From positions 17,467 through 81,466 of the forward strand of contig JAFGLO010000007.1 of NCBI GenBank assembly GCA_016927995.1: a DNA stretch of 64,000 nt. The letters are read 5' to 3'. This DNA is from Candidatus Dojkabacteria bacterium. GTDB taxonomy: Bacteria > Patescibacteriota > Dojkabacteria > JAFGLO01. This document shows, in pieces, positions 57,592-64,000 of the stretch. How positions within the stretch are numbered: position 1 is the first letter of the stretch; each line of letters begins with the position of its first letter. The position numbers were made by a program, and so were the translations under genes. A model generated the notes under the pieces. That model was not told the origin of the DNA and made no database searches. It saw nothing but the letters and a program-made list of their open reading frames with translations.

Positions 57592-58872
57592 TTATAAGTT
57601 TTTAAGGTATTCGTAAGCTCTATCAAGCTGAGGATCCTCCCCTGCATCATCTTGCTCCTTTGTAATTTCAATAATTTCATTGGGGTTTATGGGGTTATTT
57701 CTGTCAATTATCTGCCCATTCGGTAATACCCACTGTTCAATAGTAATGTGCATACTTGAACCGTCAACAAAATCGGTAATTGGCATCCACACACTACCTT
57801 TTCCATAGGTTGGCTGCCCAATAATATAAGCCCTGTTGTTTTGAAGCAATGCTCCTGCAAAAATCTCGGAGGCCGAAGCACTATATGAATCAACCAGGAC
57901 TACAATCGGAACATCAGTAAATTTCCCCGTGCGAGAAACCTTGTAATTTCTGTTTATTTGACCATTTCTACCTTGTACTTTCATTAAAAGTGCCCCATCG
58001 GGAATAAGATCCTGTAATGCAAACAAGACCGAATCAAGATAACCACCGCTGTTACTTCTTATGTCAAAAATTATTCCACTTGGATTGTCTTTTTCTACTT
58101 CAACAAGAATTTGAGACCATAATGCATTCCATGCAACGGAAGACTTGTCGGTAAATCGACTAATTCTTATATAGGCAATTCCATCGGTAACACCCTCATA
58201 GGTCATGGCAGGTTGTTTGATTTCATCCCTTACAATGGATACATCAAACTCGTCATCGATTGACGGCCTATATATACCAAGGACAACGGTAGTACCTTTA
58301 TCGCCTTTGATTTTCGAGATAACTTCCCAAATTGTTTGTCCATAAATGTCTTCACCATCCACGTATAAAATAATATCACCTGACTGCAACCCGGCTGCTT
58401 GTGCAGGTGATCCATCGAATGGACTTTCTATCGTAACGTAACCGTTTATCATATCAAGCGTAGCCCCGATACCTTCGTATTTTCCCTCGGTTAACGAGTT
58501 ATATAATTCGGTTTCCTCGGGTGTGAGAAATTCGGTGTAGGCGTCGGTACTGGCGGCCACCATACCCTTAATTGCACCATAAACCATTTCCTGACCGTCT
58601 AAATCTTCGGGGAAAATATAATAATCTTTAAGATTCTTCCAAGCATCCCAGAAAATACTGAAGTCAACCTCAATTATTTCCGGGGGTGGTTCTACTGAAC
58701 CTGTTAAAATATATTGCTTAGCACGTTGTAACGGCTCACAGATTTTTTTGTCTAAAGAAGACCTTCCCAAAATAAATCCACCTATACCTACCCCTGTTAT
58801 TAGCAGTATCCCCAAAACAGATGCTCCTAAAACTGTAAGTGCTTTGTTAGGTGGGTTCTTTTTAATCTCCAT
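57592..58872 (-). CDS. S41-family C-terminal processing peptidase (Ctp/tail-specific protease) with PDZ domain
   Basis: PDZ (GLQSGDIILYVDG), catalytic Ser region IVVLVDSYSASASEIFAGAL and Lys (PTYGKGSV). Confidence 0.8.
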   Translation of the reverse strand: MEIKKNPPNKALTVLGASVLGILLITGVGIGGFILGRSSLDKKICEPLQRAKQYILTGSVEPPPEIIEVDFSIFWDAWKNLKDYYIFPEDLDGQEMVYGAIKGMVAASTDAYTEFLTPEETELYNSLTEGKYEGIGATLDMINGYVTIESPFDGSPAQAAGLQSGDIILYVDGEDIYGQTIWEVISKIKGDKGTTVVLGIYRPSIDDEFDVSIVRDEIKQPAMTYEGVTDGIAYIRISRFTDKSSVAWNALWSQILVEVEKDNPSGIIFDIRSNSGGYLDSVLFALQDLIPDGALLMKVQGRNGQINRNYKVSRTGKFTDVPIVVLVDSYSASASEIFAGALLQNNRAYIIGQPTYGKGSVWMPITDFVDGSSMHITIEQWVLPNGQIIDRNNPINPNEIIEITKEQDDAGEDPQLDRAYEYLKNL

Positions 58873-58876
58873 TTTT

Positions 58877-59881
58877 TTATCCTAATATAATATCGGTATA
58901 CGAAACATTCCTGTAGTCTAGCATAATTTCTTTTCCACTACCAAGTTCAACTAAAAGCTGCTCTTCGTTAATAATGTCTTTAATTATTCCGGTAGAACCG
59001 GTATATGGATAAATGTTTATGCAAACATTCATTCCTAACCTTGCCTCCACAATGGAATATGCACCACCGTCCGGATTGTGTAAAACCGAGTAATTTACAT
59101 GAATTCCGTTACTGTCAATGTGAATGTATTTTGATTTTTCTTGTGCTGATAGGACTAAATCATAGCTTTCGTTAAGCTGATGTAAGCCCCATGAATTGGT
59201 AACCACAATTGGTACGGGTATTGAACCATAAATTGATTTTATTTCCATGTAATCGGAAAACCTTATTCCCGGTGTGATAATAAGGCAAACTCCTGCCTCT
59301 ACCAACTTTTGGTATAAGGAAACAAAAATAGAGATTGCTGTGACAACAGCCTTGCCTTTAATCATATGATCCTCCATTTCCTTAGACAGACAGACAAATT
59401 CCATTGAGAATCCAGGCAATTTCCCAAGAAAAAAATTATATCCTAACTTTGTTGAATTCGCCAAAATTTCGTAATAAGTATTGTCTATTGTATAGAACTT
59501 ACCTTCTAAAGGAATTATCTCCCTGCGGAACTCTTTTCCTTTCGTAATTATTAATTCATCGTTTGGGAAATCGACTACACCATTTACAGGAGAAATTATT
59601 CTTACAATTTTGTGTCCTTTTGCACCCTCACAAATCAACTGACCCTCGTGCACCACTTCACCCTTTAACGTAAGAATAAATTTGCTATAATCTGTAGTTC
59701 CAAATTCATCTTTTAGGTTAATCCTGAATACAACCCTATCAACGTCGCCAGCTGCAAGCAAACTTCCCGATCTTACAAAAGCACCCTCTTCTAATGAAAG
59801 TTTTGTTGCAGGAAACAATCGTAAAACAGGAAACCTATGGTTTACTGATGTGCTTATATAGTTTGTATTCCAAAGTTTCAT
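58877..59881 (-). CDS. Hypothetical protein (lineage-restricted?) inserted between rpsR and rplI
   Basis: 334 aa; no confident family. Confidence 0.35.
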   Translation of the reverse strand: MKLWNTNYISTSVNHRFPVLRLFPATKLSLEEGAFVRSGSLLAAGDVDRVVFRINLKDEFGTTDYSKFILTLKGEVVHEGQLICEGAKGHKIVRIISPVNGVVDFPNDELIITKGKEFRREIIPLEGKFYTIDNTYYEILANSTKLGYNFFLGKLPGFSMEFVCLSKEMEDHMIKGKAVVTAISIFVSLYQKLVEAGVCLIITPGIRFSDYMEIKSIYGSIPVPIVVTNSWGLHQLNESYDLVLSAQEKSKYIHIDSNGIHVNYSVLHNPDGGAYSIVEARLGMNVCINIYPYTGSTGIIKDIINEEQLLVELGSGKEIMLDYRNVSYTDIILG

Positions 59882-61041
59882 ATAAGTTGATTAACCCAGT
59901 TTATGACCTTTTCCTGATTTTTTGAGTAATCCGGGCCGTAAACAACCGGCTGCTTCCTAGTGTCAAGAATCAAATTCCCATCACACTCGAGCTCAACCTT
60001 TCTCTTGGTTAGACCCGTCAAAGATACACCCTCGGATATTTCAAGTGTTATCACACTTCCCAGAACTCCGGTTACTTTTGCGATTTCGTTAACCATAACA
60101 AAAAACTGTTCTGTCCCGCCGGAAGGTAATAATTTTCTGCCCAGTACTGCCGGACCACTCTTCTTAAGAGGATCAATAGTAAAGTTTAGATACCTTGACC
60201 TTTCGAAAGCCAGACCTTCGTGCTTGGACAACCAATCAAGGGAAAGCGTAATTCCCGAAGCAATTACATACTTGGTATCAAACCAAACCTCGGTTTCGTC
60301 TGAAAGTTGCAATCCATCAATAATTGCCAAATTTCTGTGTCCCGAGTCGATATAAGAAAACAGATCACCTGTAAAAATTATTAAGAGTTTACTTCCACTA
60401 ATCCCAATGTTCGATAATTTTATAAGTTTACTTGTGACATAAGCACGCAAAAGATCCTGATTTAAAGACACGTCTCGTACAACAGGCGGGTTAACATAAA
60501 GTTGTGCAAAGAAATCCGGAAAATCATAAATATCTATGGGTTCTGCCATAAATGGCTTTACACCTTCAACTGCAACATCCGTAACAAAGTCATAGACACT
60601 TTCAAATTTCCGGTTATATATTTCAAGTTCCTTTTCTTTAAATTTTCCCCAGATCCTAATACCTTTCAAGGAAAAATCTATACATAGAATCTCCGATCGA
60701 TGGGTTTGTTGTCCTATTTCAGATAATCGATCCCAGATCCAGCTTCCAATTTGTGAATCAGAGATACTTTCCACTCCAATTTCCTTTAGGTCGGCAAGCT
60801 CATCTGGAGTCGCTGAATATCCACTCAGTTGTATGCTAGATTTTAATGTATTAAGTGTAGGAGGAAGATCATATTTCGAAGAAAAATCGCTCCATATTGG
60901 GCCTAAAAAAAGTGAAGTCAAAGATCCTTTAAGAGGATATGTATCCTCTTCCAACGAAACAGGATCTTTATACAGTACACGCACACTAGTAGGAGTAACC
61001 AAGAAAACAACCTCGTTTTTAGAAGCTCTATTGTTATTCAC
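59878..61041 (-). CDS. Hypothetical protein inserted between rpsR and rplI
   Basis: 387 aa; 4-nt overlap with downstream gene; no confident family. Confidence 0.35.
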   Translation of the reverse strand: MNNNRASKNEVVFLVTPTSVRVLYKDPVSLEEDTYPLKGSLTSLFLGPIWSDFSSKYDLPPTLNTLKSSIQLSGYSATPDELADLKEIGVESISDSQIGSWIWDRLSEIGQQTHRSEILCIDFSLKGIRIWGKFKEKELEIYNRKFESVYDFVTDVAVEGVKPFMAEPIDIYDFPDFFAQLYVNPPVVRDVSLNQDLLRAYVTSKLIKLSNIGISGSKLLIIFTGDLFSYIDSGHRNLAIIDGLQLSDETEVWFDTKYVIASGITLSLDWLSKHEGLAFERSRYLNFTIDPLKKSGPAVLGRKLLPSGGTEQFFVMVNEIAKVTGVLGSVITLEISEGVSLTGLTKRKVELECDGNLILDTRKQPVVYGPDYSKNQEKVINWVNQLI

Positions 61042-61045
61042 AGGT

Positions 61046-61348
61046 TTATTCTATATTGGAGTAAGGCAGTAATGCAGCCTGACGTGCACGTTTGACCGCT
61101 TTTGCCAATTGGCGTTGATGTTTCGCACAAACACCCGACTTTGCTCTACCAATAATTTTACCCCTTACTGATATAAAACGCTTAAGCTGATAAACATCTT
61201 TATAACTTAAGGTTTTTATTTTTCCTTCACACAAGGGACATACTGTATTTGCCGGAAGTTTTTTATTGGGTCGCTTTCCCCTTTTAGGTGTTGTTGCAAC
61301 CGCATCTTTTGTCCACTCAAGGTTTCGTTCTCTTGCAAGATCTACCAT
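61046..61348 (-). CDS. rpsR: 30S ribosomal protein S18
   Basis: CPLCEGKIKTLSYKDVYQLKRFISVRGKIIGRAKSGVCAKHQRQLAKAVKRAR. Confidence 0.85.
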   Translation of the reverse strand: MVDLARERNLEWTKDAVATTPKRGKRPNKKLPANTVCPLCEGKIKTLSYKDVYQLKRFISVRGKIIGRAKSGVCAKHQRQLAKAVKRARQAALLPYSNIE

Positions 61349-61364
61349 AGTTCTCTATTTAAAC

Positions 61365-61910
61365 TTAAAAAACCAATGCATCATCGAGAGGATCATCCAT
61401 TTCTTCTTCCTTTTCTTTGGGAGATTCCTTCTTTACTTTATTATCAGGTTTTGCACTTTTCTCAGACTTACTATTGTCTTCAGGTGATTCGAAACTGTCA
61501 TTATCCTTTTCCTTCTTTTCATCGGCTGAAGTATCATTTGTTGCCGACGCCCCACCCTTACCCCGTTTACCTTTGTCATTTAATAATTGCATGTCATTAA
61601 CGTGAATTTCGGTTCTATATACCGTTTGTCCATCACTATTTTCATAAGACCTTGTTCTCATTTCTCCTTCTACAAAAACAAGCATCCCCTTGGCCAAAAG
61701 ATTGTACGAAATTTCAGCAAGTTTATTCCACGCAACGAGATTAATAAATTCGGTATCCTCTTTAACATCACCCGTTGTTGAATCTTTCCATGACCTGTTG
61801 GTTGCAATACCAAACACGCATACGGGTGTTCCGTTTGCAGTATATCGAAGCTCCGGATCCCTTGTTAGGTTTCCAATAAGCATGACCTTGTTTAACGACC
61901 TACTAGCCAT
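61365..61910 (-). CDS. ssb: Single-stranded DNA-binding protein
   Basis: OB-fold MASRSLNKVMLIGNLTRDPELRYT..., acidic C-terminal tail DDPLDDALVF. Confidence 0.9.
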   Translation of the reverse strand: MASRSLNKVMLIGNLTRDPELRYTANGTPVCVFGIATNRSWKDSTTGDVKEDTEFINLVAWNKLAEISYNLLAKGMLVFVEGEMRTRSYENSDGQTVYRTEIHVNDMQLLNDKGKRGKGGASATNDTSADEKKEKDNDSFESPEDNSKSEKSAKPDNKVKKESPKEKEEEMDDPLDDALVF

Positions 61911-61935
61911 TTCTTAACACAAATAAATTTAAATA

Positions 61936-62301
61936 CTACTTTTTATTCTTGGGTTTTGCTGTATCTATCTCTTCTATGGATTTTTTGCCATATGCAACTC
62001 CCAACTCCGAATCCTCTTTTACTAAGGAAACGATATATCTGATTATTTCCGACCTACTACCAAGCTCTTTTTTAAGTTTTGTCATTCCTGAGGGCTTCAT
62101 TTTAAGCTGATAAACCACATAATAGCCTTCCTTCTGGCCATTTATTTTGTAAGCCATGTACCGCTTGCCCCAAACATCTTTAAGGATAATTTCACCTTTT
62201 GCTTCGGCAATTTTCCCGTTAATAAAGTCATAAACTTCATTTCTAACATTGTCGGGCAGATAAGCTCTAATCACAAACATGAGTTCATAAACACGATCCA
62301 T
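61936..62301 (-). CDS. rpsF: 30S ribosomal protein S6
   Basis: MDRVYELMFVIRAYLPD...WGKRYMAYKINGQKEGYYVVYQLK. Confidence 0.85.
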   Translation of the reverse strand: MDRVYELMFVIRAYLPDNVRNEVYDFINGKIAEAKGEIILKDVWGKRYMAYKINGQKEGYYVVYQLKMKPSGMTKLKKELGSRSEIIRYIVSLVKEDSELGVAYGKKSIEEIDTAKPKNKK

Positions 62302-62431
62302 TATACGTTTAACCTGTCAAATAATAAGCTTAAGGATACTAACACAAGTAATATCAAAAAACAAGATTTATTGACTTAAGTACAAACCCTATGTAAACTT
62401 AGATGGTACTTAACTTAAATAAACAAAAAAA

Positions 62432-63274
62432 ATGAAAAATCCCACAAAAATATTCGGGATTGCCATCGCAATTATGCTTGCACTTTTTGTCCTTGTAGTT
62501 GCAGTTGAGTCAGTTTTTACAGTTAAAGGCGGAACCGTTGGTGTAGTAAGAAGATTTGGGAAAGTAGAGTCAATTATGGAACCCGGGCTTAATTTTAAAA
62601 TTCCTTTCGTAGATGATGTTATTATTTATAATACCCAAATGGTAATTTATGAAACAAGCGATTATCCTTCCGATTCTCTGGCCGACTACACTGACTATTC
62701 AGTTGATACTACAACCGAGGACGGTCAATCTATCAGTATAAAATACTCAATCAGGTTTAGCGTAAATCCCGAAAAGGTTATGTGGATTGCCAATAACCTG
62801 GGAAGGGAACAAGATATTGTAGAAAAGATTGTAAAGACTGATTCAAGAATTCACGTAAGAGGATATGCCCGAAATTATGCTGCTGCAGACCTTTACACAG
62901 GCAATATTCGACAACTGGAAGAAGAAATTACAAACGTACTGCTACCTGCTTTCGAACAAAATGGACTTATTCTGGACGAATTTGGAATTCGAAATATTGT
63001 TTTTGGTGCCGAATATATTGAGGCTATCGAGCAAAAACAAATAGAAAAAGAAAAGGTTACAACCGAAAAATACATTGCAGAACAAGAGCAATATAAAAAA
63101 GAGGCCGCGATCACAAGAGCAGAAGCCGAGGCTGAAACTCAAAGACTTGTTCAACAAACAATTACATCGACCCTACTACAAAAAATGTGGATTGAAAAGT
63201 GGAACGGACAGTTACCAGGCGTTATGACCGGAGACAGTCAAGGAATTATTATTGACTTAGGAAATTTACAATAG
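62432..63274 (+). CDS. SPFH/Band 7 (stomatin/prohibitin/HflC-like) membrane protein
   Basis: N-terminal TM, SPFH core FTVKGGTVGVVRRFGKV...GLNFKIPFVDDV, C-terminal coiled coil. Confidence 0.8.
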   Translation: MKNPTKIFGIAIAIMLALFVLVVAVESVFTVKGGTVGVVRRFGKVESIMEPGLNFKIPFVDDVIIYNTQMVIYETSDYPSDSLADYTDYSVDTTTEDGQSISIKYSIRFSVNPEKVMWIANNLGREQDIVEKIVKTDSRIHVRGYARNYAAADLYTGNIRQLEEEITNVLLPAFEQNGLILDEFGIRNIVFGAEYIEAIEQKQIEKEKVTTEKYIAEQEQYKKEAAITRAEAEAETQRLVQQTITSTLLQKMWIEKWNGQLPGVMTGDSQGIIIDLGNLQ

Positions 63275-63282
63275 TTGATACT

Positions 63283-63335
63283 GTTTCACCACCTGACAAG
63301 TCCGAGACATGTCACTACTACTTACTGGTGAAACA
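63283..63335 (+). repeat. Intergenic repeat family member S3 (GTTTCACCA...CAAGTCCGAGACATGTCACTACTACTTACTGGTGAAAC) between convergent genes
   Basis: See S1; flanked by 9-bp inverted repeat GTTTCACCA/TGGTGAAAC. Confidence 0.6.
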
Positions 63336-64000
63336 CGTACATGAGGTCACCGTCTTCCATAACGTATTCCTTGCCAACGCTTTTGACGACGCCCTTTTCT
63401 TTCGATTCTTTCCAGCCACCAGCCTTAACAAAATCGTCAAAATGAATTATGTCGGCGCGAATGAACCCTTCGGAAAGGTCGGAATGGATTGCACCGGCGG
63501 CTTCCCTTGATTTAGAACCCGCTTTTATTTGCCATGCATTTAGAATCTGCTCATTACCGGTGTAAAATGTAATAAACCCTAAAAGACTATAACATTTACG
63601 AATTATCTGAGGTAATCCAATATAACTAAGTCCAAGCTCTTTTATATATTCAGTGCGCTCGGTATCAGAAAGCCGGGATAGCTCATATTCTAGCTTAGCA
63701 TTAACGGTTAAAATTTCTGATGTGTCCAAAGTAATTCCCTGGCCGGTTCGAAAATCAATAAGTTGTTTTCGGTATTCGGCTATTTTAGCTTCAGAAGTTT
63801 TGTCGGACACATTTAGAGTAATTAAATACTTTTTATTTGTAAGTAGGAAAAGATTATCTATAAAGCCAATCACATCTTCATCCGTTAGCCCTTTGATAAA
63901 GGCAATCGCAGGAAGCCCCTTATCAAGAAAAGCTTTAAGCTCTTGTACAGCTGAGCTTACCTTGTGAATAGGATCGTTAGGCGGCTTCCCTTTCGAATCT
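63322..64000 (-). CDS. ychF: Ribosome-binding ATPase YchF (Obg-family GTPase), C-terminal portion; 5' end beyond window
   Basis: C-terminal TGS domain IHSDLSEGFIRADIIHFDDFVKAGG...GKEYVMEDGDLMYVF. Frame stays open through position 64000, so the track's Met at 63873 is internal. Confidence 0.7.
   Translation of the reverse strand, partial: DSKGKPPNDPIHKVSSAVQELKAFLDKGLPAIAFIKGLTDEDVIGFIDNLFLLTNKKYLITLNVSDKTSEAKIAEYRKQLIDFRTGQGITLDTSEILTVNAKLEYELSRLSDTERTEYIKELGLSYIGLPQIIRKCYSLLGFITFYTGNEQILNAWQIKAGSKSREAAGAIHSDLSEGFIRADIIHFDDFVKAGGWKESKEKGVVKSVGKEYVMEDGDLMYVFHQ

Noticed and set aside
63322-63873. Treating Met at 63873 as the start of a 183-aa protein
   Set aside because: The frame remains open upstream to the window edge and the encoded sequence continues as YchF (G-domain side), so the gene is partial and the Met is internal.
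63653-63967. Plus-strand ORFs 63653..63967, 63328..63510 and similar antisense ORFs (e.g. 3321..3533, 4840..5217, 5623..5835, 11267..11473, 19947..20372, 20678..21064, 21398..21835, 26917..27247, 27563..27961, 32516..32962, 47735..48124)
   Set aside because: They lie entirely within, and antisense or out of frame to, longer ORFs with clear family signatures. Their low-complexity composition is typical of shadow ORFs.
1-64000. rRNA genes or prophage
   Set aside because: No stretches resembling 16S/23S/5S conserved cores were seen. No phage structural, terminase or integrase-cargo gene clusters are present. The only recombinase is XerC/D-like without adjacent phage genes.

Overview
This window is AT-rich (roughly mid-30s % GC), gene-dense and carries no rRNA, so the lineage is inferred from content only. 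It holds mostly housekeeping genes:
- a yebC-ruvC-ruvA-ruvB operon;
- an rpsF-ssb-rpsR ... rplI ... dnaB block;
- lysS, uppP and rmuC;
- a MiaB-like methylthiotransferase, RluA- and Dus-family tRNA enzymes, an ABC-F ATPase and an ABC-2 exporter pair;
- a 2-oxoacid:ferredoxin oxidoreductase (gamma/alpha fusion plus beta) together with an ADP-forming acetyl-CoA synthetase;
- pilM, a sortase and a SipW-like signal peptidase I.

This content fits a small-genome fermentative, Gram-positive-type (monoderm) bacterium, possibly Patescibacteria/CPR-like.

The most notable locus is 6.5-12.3 kb. A 253-aa seven-helix protein there shows the heliorhodopsin signature (His18, His77, Glu104, and Lys238 in the last helix). 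It sits beside a CrtI/CrtD-family FAD desaturase, a PF04240/CruF-like carotenoid-associated membrane protein, an SDR, an ATP-grasp enzyme and a nitroreductase. This arrangement echoes the haloarchaeal rhodopsin-adjacent cruF-crtD carotenoid-tailoring pair.

The window is also rich in small palindromic repeat families that abut stop codons:
- a ~220-bp MITE-like element with palindromic terminal inverted repeats (GTAGGGACAGGTCTAGACCGACA), present as two full copies and one solo palindrome, each flanked by tandem repeats;
- a four-member CAAGTC..GACATGTC..CTACTA repeat in 3' intergenic regions;
- a shared GGGGCGGGTTTAAACC palindrome arm at two gene ends;
- a 36-bp perfect inverted repeat that is GC-rich compared with its surroundings.

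Both tRNA genes (Pro-TGG, Leu-CAA) carry short direct repeats of their 3' ends downstream, which look like att sites. tRNA-Pro is preceded by a YhbQ-like GIY-YIG nuclease gene and a truncated tRNA copy that has a 20-nt hairpin inserted in its anticodon loop.

A XerC/D recombinase beside a serpin, and two hypothetical genes plus an S41 protease wedged into the rpsR-rplI interval, suggest local accessory insertions. No CRISPR arrays were seen.
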